Source: Botryllus schlosseri
Taxonomy: Eukaryota
DNA length: 64,000 nucleotides
Assembly: GCA_051294905.1 (NCBI GenBank)
Contig: CM119377.1
Location: 22,134,001 to 22,198,000 of the forward strand
Reading direction: 5' to 3'
The translations under genes and the position numbers were made by a program. This document shows positions 51,241-64,000 of the stretch, piece by piece (positions within the stretch are counted from its first letter, which is position 1; the number at the start of each line of letters is the position of its first letter). The notes beneath the pieces were generated by a model. The model was not told where the DNA came from. It did not search any database and was given only the letters and a program-made list of their open reading frames with translations.

Positions 51241-51707
51241 CTTGTACAGTCTACTGGATTTTCGAAATGCACAACTGCAACTAGAACTAGAACTGCACAC
51301 TTCTCAAAACTCAGAACTAGAACTAACGACATTTTAAAATCATCGACTATAACAAGATTCGATTACGCAGAAACTCATACATATTCATTTGATCGGAAAC
51401 GTAATAAGTATTAGTGGCTGAATCACCATTTCAAAAGGGCGGGGTTTCCTGTCTGAAATGGGCTGGATTTCGACCTCAAAAACCCACCGCTGGCACCACC
51501 CCCACCACTGTTATTAGTGATGACCCCGAACTAGAAACGGTTGCAAGAAAATCACACAGCGGAACACCGGTAGCACGATTCACGCCAAACGACGTCATGT
51601 GTTTCCATTTGTTGAGAAACTATTTTTTAAATGCGTAGCAAGAACTACTCAAAATAAAGACAGTAGTTCGTTGACCGTCAAATACCTAGATTGGTGGTTT
51701 GTACAAG
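51241..51707. mobile_element. MITE with (ACTAGA)n subrepeats in ELOVL intron 4
   Basis: Homologous to the outer parts of 21857-22987. Confidence 0.6.
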
Positions 51708-52183
51708 TCTGGTTGGGTCCATTCGCAACAAGAAGATTATTAAAGAATCAAATTCGAATTTTTCTTGAACTTTCAGTGGATTTCAATTTACTACAGCATT
51801 GGTTTCGCTTAAACATTATGCCCTACCTCGCCCAGACATTGCTTCACTGATCATTTGCTACCATCGCTTCATCTTTTTTTCTATTTTTCTTTTTTAACTA
51901 AACATTTTACAGTCAGATTGTTTAGAGTCAAGTGTACCTGTTTGATGCTGGTGTGATCGGACTAGATCACCTTCACGGTCTGTGCATGTCTATTTTTTGT
52001 ACCACCAACATTGCCGTTTGTTATGTATTTTGGTTGGATGAAAAATAAAGACACTCTATCTATATATATATATATATACGTCCCAATTGTATTAATATTC
52101 TATTGGGCGGCTTGATAGGCTTTACTATATAAATAACCACTCGCTGTCCAGAAAGTTGACTTCCTACAACTGATTCCACTTAC

Positions 52184-52355
52184 TCTGTCCACCCGCGACA
52201 TATTTCACGCCTGACCACCAGAGTAGTATCATCGAAGAATGGTGGTAGACGTGCAACACTGATATTTGATTAAATTTCTTCCTTAGAGCGAAGAACAACG
52301 TTTCCAATAATTCCACGTATTTTGAAAAGTAGTAGCACCAACACACCCGAGCCAT
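52184..52355 (-). CDS. ELOVL4: ELOVL4-like elongase, coding exon 4 (HxxHH box)
   Basis: TTTTTAG| [58 protein letters not shown]|GTAAGT. 172 nt. Confidence 0.96.
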
Positions 52356-53107
52356 CTAAAAAATAGGGAAATATTTATCTAAAATCATGCGCAATGATTG
52401 TGTGAAACTCTGAGACTCCAACGGTTTTGTGAAACTATGAAAATATAAGCTTTTACTGAATAGGCTTCATTGCCTTCGGACGAATACAGACATGGCCAGG
52501 ACGGCCGAAGAATATGTGGACGCGATTTATCCACTGTCTATTTTTGCTATTCATGGTGTGTCGACTACATGGTCGTTTTAAAACGAGGGGTTCCCAACTT
52601 TATTTACTTTAAAACCTTCGAAATATTTAAATATACTATTTTAATTTGAAAAAACCACTCTTGCATACGCTAATAGTGGAGTGGACACTTGAGCGAGTAG
52701 CTTCAGTAAGTAAATCTTTAAAAGTTGTTAAACTCGGCCGACAGAATGAAACTTGATTGTTTGCCAGGAACTATTTTCAAAATAATTACGAGTGGTGTGA
52801 GATTTCTTCATTCATGTTCCGCAAACGTAGTGAAAATGTTATAAGAACAATAACGAAATGAATTCCGATTTCTGATCATGTATAAGAGAAATACAATCAC
52901 CCTGAATTTACTACGGCATTGTTCCTTTTAATACCATCGATAAAAGTTCAATGTTGATGTACGTTGATGTATTCGATATGACTACAAGAGGTTGCTGATT
53001 TTACAAATATCGTTAAGAGGCGTTTCTATAACGGTTGAGCGCAACTGGCTTAGAACATTAGTAGTGTCCAGACGTATGCATTTATCCAATCTTGATCGAA
53101 TACATAC

Positions 53108-53188
53108 CCGCAGGGCCAACGGATTGCTGTCGTAGTCGACTGGTTGACACGTCAAACTATATCTTGCATAATAAGCCGAGAAGAAAAA
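53108..53188 (-). CDS. ELOVL4: ELOVL4-like elongase, coding exon 3
   Basis: TTGTTCAG| FFFSAYYARYSLTCQPVDYDSNPLALR |GTATGT. 81 nt; CQPVDY motif. Confidence 0.92.
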
Positions 53189-53247
53189 CTGAACAATGAA
53201 AGGGAACGGTTAATGGTATGCAAAATTTCAGTGTATGGATAACATAC

Positions 53248-53435
53248 CTCATACGTCATATACAAGGAAGCTAGCACCATAAAGAAGTTGTACAAAACTA
53301 TGATTGATCTCAATTTTAAAGGGTGCAGTGCGCGCGTAATCTCTCTCGCGTTCCAACATATCACATTGTATACAACGACGGTGAGTATCGGCCCCCACGG
53401 ACTGTGAACCAACAGCCAATCAGCAGTGCGCGGAT
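53248..53435 (-). CDS. ELOVL4: ELOVL4-like elongase, coding exon 2
   Basis: TTTTTTCAG|(D)PRTADWLLVHSPWGPILTVVVYNVICWNAREITRALHPLKLRSIIVLYNFFMVLASLYMTYE|GTATGT. 188 nt. Confidence 0.92.
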
Positions 53436-54810
53436 CTGAAAAAATTACTTGCTTATATATTGGATAATATTGCTTGAGCTTGAGATGCCTAGTGGGACCG
53501 GTAACCTTTGATAAAGTGATAGAGTCTATAAAATGCGCGGGAAAATAGCGACGGTCATTTATGAGTGCAAGTTTTCGCAGCTTTTGTAACTTTTTTTACA
53601 GCTTCCTAGATACTCAGAATTCATGTACTATGATGTTTTAAGGTGTTTGGAGGGATCTTATAGCGCAACTTTTTGCAACTTTTCTCTATTTTTCATGTCA
53701 AGTTTTACTGCAACTTTTATCAAATATTGCGTAATAATGTGAAAGACTGATTTAAAAACATGCTGTAAACTATTTCTAGTATGGTTCTATTCTCTTTGAT
53801 TTGCATAACAAAGAGGTATATGATGGGTTAGCTGCATCTCATTGCTATATATGACACAATTGCTGGCAAGCAAGAAGTTCAACTCCCCCAGCTAAGCACG
53901 ACCGTGGCCGAACAATAAGTATAAATAGATCGCTTTATTAATTCAGTCGTTTAAATTTTTGAGGTAGTTTCCCATTTCACAAACGCCAAGGCGAGACCTC
54001 CGAAAACTACATTTTCACTTGGTCACTTTATTCAGGTTATTGATTTTGTTAAAGTCGCCGAGAGTGAGTTTTTCCGCAATGCCTTGGGTTAAGTTTGCAG
54101 ACCTAGGGAGTTTGGCATATGTTATTTGACTTGGTTTAGGGGGCTATCGCTATGCTGTTTGGCGTTTCTTGATGTATATTAATCCCGCATTGCGTAATTT
54201 TCTTGCTGTATGCCGGATATAAATGTCATTTTTGGTGGTTTCGGCAGTTCGTCCGTGAAATGGCAAAGTGAAAATAAATTTGACAGCTCTGTAGGAGGTA
54301 GGTTACACAACGGAACCTTTCGAGTATCTCATACCCTAATATTTCAATAAAAATTACAAATGTAACTTTTTACTCCAACTTCCGTTAAAATTAAGTGCCA
54401 CTTTTTCGCGATTTTAATGCAACAAAAACTTGCGCTATTTATGACGAAATATAGATCGATAGATGATGTCTTGATTAATTAAACATTACACTTGAGCAGC
54501 TGTTCTTATTCGGTGTTCCCTGGAAACCCAGAGATTCCCTGAAGGTCAATTCAACACACTCAGCTCATACACATGATTTGTGATGACCCGCTGGTTATCG
54601 GCGTCATTGGTAGTAGGCAATTAGGCCCGATTAGTAGACGAGTTGTGACTGCTGCGGCGGCACGCCGTGTGCAATGACGTACCAGAAGGAGGTTACGTTC
54701 GAAATCGAAACCATGTCCTTGTGAAATGCCAGTACAGTGCTTCAATATACAATTGCATAATATATATTGATATTGAAATGAACCCGTCAGGGATAATCGT
54801 CAGCAACTAG

Positions 54811-55244
54811 CAGAGATGAGCGGATTTGAAATTTCTATGTCCTAATCCAATCCAAATCCGAACCTTCAAATCCATATCCACATCCTAATCCATGACTTTT
54901 TCATATTCAAGTCCATGTCCAATCCTAATCTGATACCAGCTGGAAATTCAGAAACAATACCAAGTTATGCAATGAAGGGATTCGAAAATTTTCTTTCACA
55001 ACCAACGATTCACTTGATTCAAGATAACTTAGTAATCACTAATCATAAGTACATTAATAACTGATCTGAATGAAGTTTGTCGCCATTCGCCACACGACAT
55101 TTCAATCTCCCAGAAAATAGGTAAATCCAATCCAAATCCTAATCCGTTCTGAAAAAAATGTCTAATCCAAATCCAATCCAAATCCGACAAAATTTCACAA
55201 ATCCTGTTTTTTCAAAACCTAATCCTAATCCATGCTCATCTCTG
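54811..55244. mobile_element. hAT-type MITE, AATCC-repeat family
   Basis: Near-identical to 42505-42931; TSD GCAACTAG/GCATCTAG; empty homologous site at ~32370-32410. Confidence 0.92.
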
Positions 55245-55833
55245 GCATCTAGTAGAGAATTGGAAAGAACATTGTATGTCAACAATCGTATCACAAAAGA
55301 TGACGTCACCAGCGATGAGAGCGCTTAAGCTCAATGTACTATTTTTTGATGGTACACGAACTCTTTATGTGGGCACAGACTTGGTTGGCGTATTTTGATA
55401 TAATTCGATTCGAAGGAATACAAATGAAAGTGTGAACGGTCTCTCCCGACAGCAAGAAATCTATCGTCCCGCTAATTTGTCGAGTAGGATTATCCAACAA
55501 ATGTTTGCCAATGACAGAATTTATGACCTTGTTCTGTTCTGAATCAAGTTTCAGGGGATGGGTCAAGGACAAGGGTGAGCCTTCCACAGAGCGTGATGCG
55601 CGTGTTCTAATAAGTCTAGGGACGTGCTGTTTTATGCAGTTCTGCAAACGTTGCTGCGTTTTCCTACGGAGCCACAATCACAGTGACACCTATATTCATA
55701 AACTACATTACTTTGTTGACGTGCAGGAAGAACGTCTTTGCGTGTTGCAGTGAGCAGTTGGGTTGTCGTAAAAATAAGCCTATCCGCAATTGAGCAATTG
55801 CAATCACGATGTTGCGTTCCGAACGAACAGTAC

Positions 55834-56337
55834 TGGTGGCATTTGAAACAAACGGCGTTTTAAAACACCTTGTTTAAAACATGTTTTAAACAAATGCCTT
55901 TATGTAAAAAAATGCGTTTTTTCAAACGTTGTGTAAGTATGCCATAATTGTGTAAATACGTCCAAAAACCATGTAGTATGAACCTACAGACGATTTGCAC
56001 CCAATATAGTCAACGTATACGATACGAAATCGTCGTCGGTCCAACAGTTTTGCTCGTAGATATAGATCATTGGAACGGAATGGGTGTTCTAATGATGATG
56101 ACCGCCGACCGTCAAAAATGCAGTGTAACGATGTAGACATTTTCGGTCTGTTTATGACAGTGATCGGAAAGCCCTTTTCGTCGAAGGAGCCATATTTATT
56201 GTATATTTCCAATTGTCAATGCAATCCACTGTGACGTCATAATTGAATATCCGTGACGCCAGTGCTAAAAAAGCAGTAAAATACATGTTTTAAACAAGGG
56301 CCTTGTTTTAAAATAGTTTGTTTTAAATGCAAACCTA
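55834..56337. mobile_element. hAT-type MITE, same family as 1928-2354
   Basis: Same subterminal TTTAAAACA repeats; TSD AACAGTAC/AACAATAC. Confidence 0.75.
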
Positions 56338-57811
56338 AACAATACGATGACACTTTAAAGACGAAGCCTCGCGTTTCCAAACTGGTATCCGAAAGTGTAC
56401 AGCAGAAGTCACACTGTTTTCCAATAAATATGCATTATAGTGTTTTCCTTTTGTGTGAAAATCATCCTATATTAATGGTTTTGTTCCTTTAACATGGTTC
56501 ACGCACAGTTCATTTTGTGCACCAGTAGTCTATAGTAATGTATTGCACGTGTACTTGGTTTTATATCGAGGTCGATTTTTGTTGACTCGGTGAAAATTTG
56601 GGATTTGCGTCGACTTGCAGATTAGCGTAAGTGTTCCCAGGGTTAGTAAAAGTTAAGCGCTGCAGTTATTGCCCAATGACCGGAACATTGTCAGTGTCTC
56701 AAATCGGATATTGCGAAATATCTACCCAAATAGAGATATCCAAGTGTTGAGAGGTGAATGTACGATACAAGTAAAATCTATCCCGTCACGAATAGGCTAT
56801 TGTCGCGAAAGTGACAATGCTGGTGTGAGTAGGAACTGAGCAACCCCGTGTCGACAGCTGTACTGAGCGTGGCCCATATATATGGTGCCCTTCCTTTAAT
56901 TGTAAACTTGCATCCGTTACAATTATCAGATACCGTTTATAGCATTCGTAAGCATTCAGGTGTCATGTCCGCAATCCTCTCGTGAAAGCAATACACAATA
57001 TGTAATTATTTATATATGGTTGGTTATATTGACCGCACTCATGGTCACATCAAATAAACCACTAAACGATTGCTCTCACCTCCACGCTCTTCCACAGCAG
57101 TATGATACGTACTACGTATGGTATGCCAAATCTCGGTCATAATAACATACAGCTCTTAATGACCTGGCTCTTCCCACTATAGCCGAAATGGATCAACGTC
57201 AAGCAATCAATTGATTTATCCAACCGTTATGAAGCCAAGCAGCTATACTTATACAGTAATATAACGCCTTCAAATGGAGATGATATATACATTATACACC
57301 TTTCTACACAAAATTGATGAACAACGTCTATTTTCTATAGCACTATAAAAGTAATGAACATGCATACTGAACAAAATTGCTTTAGAAACACAACGCCGCT
57401 CATGTTATAAAACTGCTGTCTGCATTATATTATGTCGACGACTATATCTAACGAACGTTCCTAGCCCAGAACTTCTGCCTATTAGCCACGCTCCTGACGA
57501 TATCAAAGCTTGAGCAATGGGACATCTACCCGCTGGCCAGAAATTTATTGGAATGTAAACTTTCCATATTCTCCCTGTATATTTGCCCAACAGTTTTGAG
57601 TCATGATATGACGATTAATGTACGGTCGGCGCTAAACACTCACGATTTGATAATATAGTTCAGTCTTCTACAGCATATCTCGCCACGCTTGATGATTTAC
57701 CTAATCTCAAATACATCCCACCGCCGTTGCCGCTTCCTGCATTCATTTCCACGTATGTAAGCGCCATTTCGATAGCCGAGCACAATGAGCAGTGAGCGAT
57801 AACTCGCATAC

Positions 57812-57863
57812 CAGCGGTATCGCGTAGGATTGCTGAATCGAGATACTTCCCGGCCTCGTACAT
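57812..57863 (-). CDS. ELOVL4: ELOVL4-like elongase, coding exon 1
   Basis: CAAATG MYEAGKYLDSAILRDTA G|GTATGC (52 nt, phase 1). Joins the next exon to give ...RDTADPRTADWLL, resembling the ELOVL N-terminal ADPRxxxW motif. Confidence 0.7.
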
Positions 57864-58903
57864 TTGAAAGGAGTTTCCTAGGTTTTTTCCTATGATTCTC
57901 GATCAGCAAATGTAGTGATTAAAAGAATGCGTATGTGTACTATACTACTATATATTTTGAATATTACGTCGGTATCGACGAGTCAGACAATACCTGTCTA
58001 CAGCTCAGGACTACTAGTATACAAACAACATATTACACCAGGGACGGCAAACCCGTGGTCTGCGGGCCAAATGTCACCGGCGACAAGGTTTCGTGTTGCG
58101 CGCGAGGTAATGATCGAAATTAGTTATAACATCAGGTAAAATTGCAAGGTCAACCAATATTTGATGATGATGACATCAGTTCCGACGCTTTGGCGTAACC
58201 AGGGACCAGCCACATTATCGCAGATCTTCGTATATATGACCAATGACCATAAAATAGAATATTTCGTAGCAGATTTATTTGACTTGAAATTTTTCTTGGC
58301 ACTTCCCATGATTTCATATCACTCGATTTCTTGCATTTAGTATCGGAGCCTCCTCCTGGAAATTATCCATAGCCCTACGCGTAATTTGCAGAATTGAGTC
58401 TAACTATAGGCTATTCGTAATTTAGAGATAACGTGTCGTCCAACATGCGACTTCGCTTGTGCGCTCGCAGCGAGATCGTCGGCGATGAAACATTTGCCCA
58501 AAACGATAGACGTATGTTCATGTTCACCGAAACTCTAGATATTGCTATATCTAAACGCCGAATGATCCTGTCATTGCGAAATGAGCCCAGAGGTATACAG
58601 AGGCGACCCCCAACACATGCAAGTACCATATTTGTTGATCAAATTCATTCATTACCTATGAAAAAATCGAGCGTAGCGCGACCAGGACATGAATGCACGC
58701 TGCACTGCACAGTTTTCATGTCATAATTGTTACCAATTTTAAAGCGTAGTAATGTAAAGTCTTGTTTTCAACTTCACCTAATTCGGTTCGCTACTATCGG
58801 TCGACTAAAAAAGGGTCATCAACATTAAAGTGGCCTGCGCAATGGTTCGTAAATCTCATGGGTTCCTTTGGACGAAAGGGTTGGCAACCTCTGCATTACA
58901 CAG

Positions 58904-59075
58904 CAGAGTTGGATCAATTACATTATTTCAGCTCAATTACAATTACAATTACTTCCATGCATGTTTCAATTACATTGCAATTACTCCTTGCTAAAAATAT
59001 CAAATTAAAATTAAAATTACAATTACATGAAAAAATGTAATTAATTACATTCAGCCAATTACAATTACAATTGTG
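58904..59075. repeat. (AATTAC)n MITE-like fragment
   Basis: Starts CAGAGTTGG; multiple CAATTAC units. Confidence 0.5.
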
Positions 59076-59424
59076 TGTACAATGTGCAACTTTGGATTTG
59101 AGTACTACCTGCTGTTTTAATGTCAGAGCTTAATGAATGACTTCTCAAGTTTTAATTTATACCTTATTTGGTCAATGGAAAATAATGCCCGCTGCTTCAC
59201 AGCGACATAATCTGGTATTTCACGACCAGGACTATTTGTACACAAGCAAAACCCCGAACATTGAAATAGCGCTGATAAAGTAATCATCATATTCAGTGAA
59301 TGACTGCTGACAGAACTAATCCGAAATCGACAATGGGCTACGGAAAAACTCATCACCGCGGCTGATGAGCAACATAAAATTACTAAACCAATAATTCTTC
59401 GAAGCGATTAACGTTATACAGCAT

Positions 59425-62054
59425 CAGGGTCGAAACAGCACTTCGTCAGCCCCCCAGAAAACGTTGGTCTTGGCCCCCTACATAGGGTGATGGACCAAAC
59501 GTCTGGGGGATGTCCTCATCGCACGAAAATTTTCTATAATTCATGATTGAATCGGTCAGTAATATTGGTCATTAGTCATTACATCTATATTTTGCAAGAA
59601 ATATTTCATCCTCTCAGACCCCACGTAATCAAATTTACCGTTAGAAATGAGTGAGGTGTTGTCTTAGAAAATTTAGGGCACGTAATTATTAATTGAACAT
59701 ATTCGGGCGGGCCCGTTGGTATAATTACTTACTGCCAGTTCAAGACACCCCAACTGGTTGGTCGTTCGGCATCCCCCTATATCTGTTCATTACATCGCAT
59801 TGTGTATCTTGTATATCGCATTGTACATTGTGTATGTGTCTTGGGCAAATGAAAATATAATCTGTCGATTGATTGATTGTTTGACATGCTTCTATTTTGT
59901 ACTTTCTGTCTGCCGCATAGTTAAAAAAATGTTGAGATCGCCAAACGTACTAAACTAAAAGACCCACACGATTTCTAATTGGTCTTTTTTTACTGGTAAG
60001 AAACTTTTCTCTGGAGGATGGTATTTGTCTCGTGCCGTGCAGATTGCCAGGACTCAAAAATTTGTCGCCAGCTATTCAGGCACCTATGGACCGTTATAAA
60101 TATATATATATATATATATAGCAGTTTTCGGTCATCATTAGGTCAGTCCTTTTTGGCCAAGGTTTACCCGCTGCCGATCTTTTTGGCACACTTCTCAGAG
60201 TCCCATGTTTACCTAAGCTTCATGTCTTGGCACACCGTGGTGCAATAATTGCCGATGCTGGAATGCCTATTTATATAAATCAGAGGTTTCAAACAAGCAG
60301 CTCGCGGTTCGGATGCGGCTCGCGAGACTATTTAGTGCGGCCCGCGAAGGCATTTTGGAATTTCAATTATTTGACAATATATTCAAATGTCATATATCTT
60401 TTTTAGATTTAAGAACTTGAAGTTCACTCTAAAACTACTACAAAAACCTGTAACCTCAACAAACTTTACTATCACATCACTTCTAAAATCTACCACGCGG
60501 TGGAAGATCGCTATTACGGCACATTTCTAGTTCATAATGATCAAACATGACCCATTGATGATTCGTGACTCAAAATTGCGATTTTGTTTGGTGCGACCTT
60601 TCGTAAAATTACTCGATTTGGATAAACTGGGTGATAAACTAAACAAGACACGAGTTGAGTCGGGTCACACGTTGAGATTAGAGAAGGACTTGCGCGTCGG
60701 AATAGTGACTTGGTAATCCTACGGACGCAACAATCTATATGAAACTGTCATGGGGAATCGTAATATATCAAAAGGCCGTAGCTTGCGTTGCGTGGGATAT
60801 ATAGATATCTAATCAGGTCAGTATGGAAAAGATTGGTATTCTGTGGCCCCCGTGACGTATATTTGGTTAAATCCAAAGTATTGTTTGTTCTCTTTATCCA
60901 TTTTATTATCAGTGGCGAGTAAGGTAGTGTTACGCTCCACAGATATAACACCAATGGATTCCTCGGCCATTGGACATTCTATTGGAGGGGTTCTTAACCA
61001 GGGGTCCGTAGCCCCTTCGCGGTACGAAGCACCACATCTGGGGGTACGAGATGCATCCTATATGCTGTGGAATATTTTCTGGGCCAATTTATTCAATTGA
61101 AAAATATTCTTTGCGATACGCGCGATTTTATGTGAATGGGCTTTCTGATTTTTATATAAGTACCATCAGAAATTGTGTTGAAAATGGACAGGGGGCACGG
61201 GAAATATTATTGAAAGCACAAGGGGTATGATCGCTAAATAGGTTAAGAAACAATGATTTTACTATGGCACAATAATGATTATATTTAAGCTGTTATTGAT
61301 CTGTTCCAATATTAATCGAAGAAAATCTAATGCTGGTTTAATTTGACTTTGGCAATGGCAGTAACAATAGCCTACGTATCACGATTATATCAGAAACCCG
61401 GATTAGGCTACACCGCTCACATGCTCTGATACCAGATCAATCTTTAGTAAATTATAAAATATTCTACATAAAATTGTGGCCCGTCAAAGTTCCACCAGCT
61501 GCAATATTAAAACCCGACAGCCTTTACGATGCCATCACGCGTCCTCTCGCATGATGTCTACAACTCATTATTTTAACAAATTATGCCCGGCCAAAAATTA
61601 TTTTAATCAAATATTTGAAAATATGATTTTTTCGTTCCAAGCGTGAATAGTATAATGGTAAATTACATTTTCACGATGTTTATTGAATGCCTGTCTGCAA
61701 GTAGCCGTCAAATAGGGCCTACTTGGATATTATAGATTGAATACCCCGATTATTGATGCTGCGGCCCGCGGCGTCATCAGAAATTAGGAAATTGTCCCGC
61801 GAGTACATCTGAGTTTGAGACCTCTGGTATAAATCATGCATAGCTTTTCTTGGGGGAAGAGTACCCAAAAATCAATACACTTAGCAGCATTAAATCGGCA
61901 TAAATTGAAATTTTTTGCAAATTTCAAAAGAATACTCTATTATTCGGGTTCATTAACGACTTAGTTTTGGGCCCTTCGCGAGCTCGGGCTTCCCCCAATG
62001 ATGCCGTGTGACTAATAATTGGGGGGTTTTGGGGGTGTGGCAGTTACGGCTCTG
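59425..62054 (+). mobile_element. CAGGGCCGTAAC-family hAT element with nested insertions
   Basis: Termini CAGGGTCGAAAC/GTTACGGCTCTG; body aligns with 29330-30618. Confidence 0.75.
60281..61826. mobile_element. Nested hAT element (itself containing a ~60985-61260 MITE)
   Basis: TIR CAGAGGT(T/C)TCAAAC; TSD ATATAAAT/GTATAAAT. Confidence 0.82.
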
Positions 62055-63236
62055 CACAACAAACAGCCCAATTATTAGTCACACGGCATCGCGGCTCAAG
62101 CCCTAAGGGCTGCAGTTGGCAAGCCCAAGCTTTTTTCTCGCTTGACACATAAACCTTGAAATTGTCACAGTGACTGTGTACTAGGTGAATTTGCTCGCGT
62201 AGCCTACTCCAGTTTGATGATCCCTGACCTAGACGATGTAAAGAACAGGCATGTACACAGTGAATTAAAAGCAACAGAAGATAACAAAAAAGCAAGCGAC
62301 GGAAAGGAAGTGGCATGTGTAGGAACCCTAATATCTCCCAACCGTAACCCTAATATCCCGCAACCACAACACCAATGCCTACGCGAAAAACAACTATTTA
62401 CGTTTATAAATTTTGACATGTTGATGGGCAACAGTTATTAGTGTCACGGTGAACACTGATTGGCTGTTGGTCGTTTAACGAAGAAGCGTCAATTATTTTG
62501 TGTTGTAGGGGAGATGTGGTACCGATGGATCACTGGGACCGAAAATAATTTGAAAATTCTCTATGATAATTCCATGATTACACTCCGTGAACTTGTCTAC
62601 AATTGCATGCTGTCAAAATCTTTCCTCCCATACAAAAAAATTTGACGTGCGTGAGCCATGGGGTCTCTCACATATGTTTTTTGTTTTGGGGGGTGTAAAC
62701 TAAATTTAGATCGACATATATATTTTTCTTTGTAGCCGTCAACACGAACAAACCAGCAATCATTTTTATTGTGAAGTTTAGGGCTTGTATCAGGCTATAT
62801 AATGGCAACTATTATTTTTTCAGTACTTTCCTTGAGTGGAATTTTTTTCGATTCATGTATAAAATTCGTAGGGTGGGGACCGATGATACAATAGCCAAAT
62901 CAAGCAAATTAATCAAGCATACTTATCATGAAACAAATGAAACATGCCTACGTACAGAAAATCTTTATGTAATAATTGCATATGATGTTTTATCGCTATA
63001 ACAAGGTATTTGGAAGTCACACTGTCGATTTTCGGGCAATATGTATGTACCCTCAAATTTATATGTCCGAGCCTGAATCGAATCGTGATTTTATGACAAC
63101 ATTTGAGTTAATATTTATTTTATTTTTCGACGGTTGCGATCAAACATTCTTCGTTGGCTTGCTGTAGCTTGGATTATTGTACTGAGCAAGAAAAGTTGTC
63201 ACATCTGAGTTTTTTAGTGTATATGTGTCATAGGTC

Positions 63237-63369
63237 CAGACATGGGGTAATCGCGATTAGTAATCGTAATCGATTACGACGATTACAGCATTCTGAAGTA
63301 ATCGTAATCGGAATCGATTACATTCGGAAAAAATCCGAAGTAATCGTAATCGACTACTTCCCATATCTA
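63237..63369. repeat. (GTAATC/GATTAC)n MITE-like element
   Basis: Imperfect TIR CAGACATGGGGTAA / TTCCCATATCTA; repeated GTAATCG units. Confidence 0.5.
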
Positions 63370-64000
63370 ATCGATTTCTTTGTGAAAGAACGATTACTTT
63401 TTACTTGTACAAGGACTATGACATTAACTGAATATTCGTGAACAAGAATGAGACCACGTTAGCGATAGCACAAACGTCTGATTTTCAAACGCCACTACTC
63501 ATTTTACGTAAGAAGTATTAGCTCCGCTCGTCATTGCGTAAGAAGTAGGCTATCTACACATAGTAAACAGACATGCGATGGAGACATTGTAGTATGATTG
63601 TAAGAACACCCCCGTGGTGTATATCAGGTTATCAATACACTACAGAAGCCCCCACCTCGCAGCAGGATATTGATCACCACTCTGCCTAAAGTTTCAAATA
63701 GTAACTTATGTATTGATGTTTGGTTGAGCTTAGTTAAACGCAGTTTCATCGTTTCTGCTTGGCGAGCAGTAGGCCTACGTACGCACGTACCGCTGACAAA
63801 AATTCGGAATTTTGTACTCGTCAAATAAAACATTGCAATTTCCAAAACGAAGCATTACAAATAAACAGCTGCTGATATATATCATAACCGAGCCGTGCTT
63901 AGCCGTTTCTCGTAACAGCAGCTCGCAGTATCTGTATTAAGTTGAATGCAGAATTTTTGTGTTCACTATATCTTATTCTCATATAACTACTTGAAACGGG

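Noticed and set aside
62330-62360. Telomere-like AACCCTAA motifs (also ~8665 and ~15555)
   Set aside because: Isolated, not tandem TTAGGG arrays; more likely Helentron-like fragments that I cannot delimit.

Overview
AT-rich animal genomic DNA, probably an ascidian tunicate (inferred from short introns, the dense hAT MITE and tRNA-SINE landscape, and gene content; not verified). The ORF track is mostly noise because the genes are spliced. By hand I assembled three minus-strand genes with phase-compatible GT-AG exons. (1) A complete 8-coding-exon, ~455-aa atypical class A GPCR (36404->24456) with cannabinoid/EDG (S1P/LPA)-receptor-like signatures. It lacks the canonical activation microswitches and has a Cys-rich ECL2 insert. 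(2) A tandem paralog (8444->2369) that runs off the left edge. (3) A complete 6-exon, 291-aa ELOVL4-like fatty acid elongase (57863->46314). A tRNA-Ser(AGA) gene lies between the two GPCR paralogs. Much of the rest is nested non-autonomous hAT elements (many with exact 8-bp TSDs), two tRNA-derived SINE families, microsatellites and a ~200-bp degenerate tandem repeat. No CRISPR array, rRNA or intact transposase was seen.
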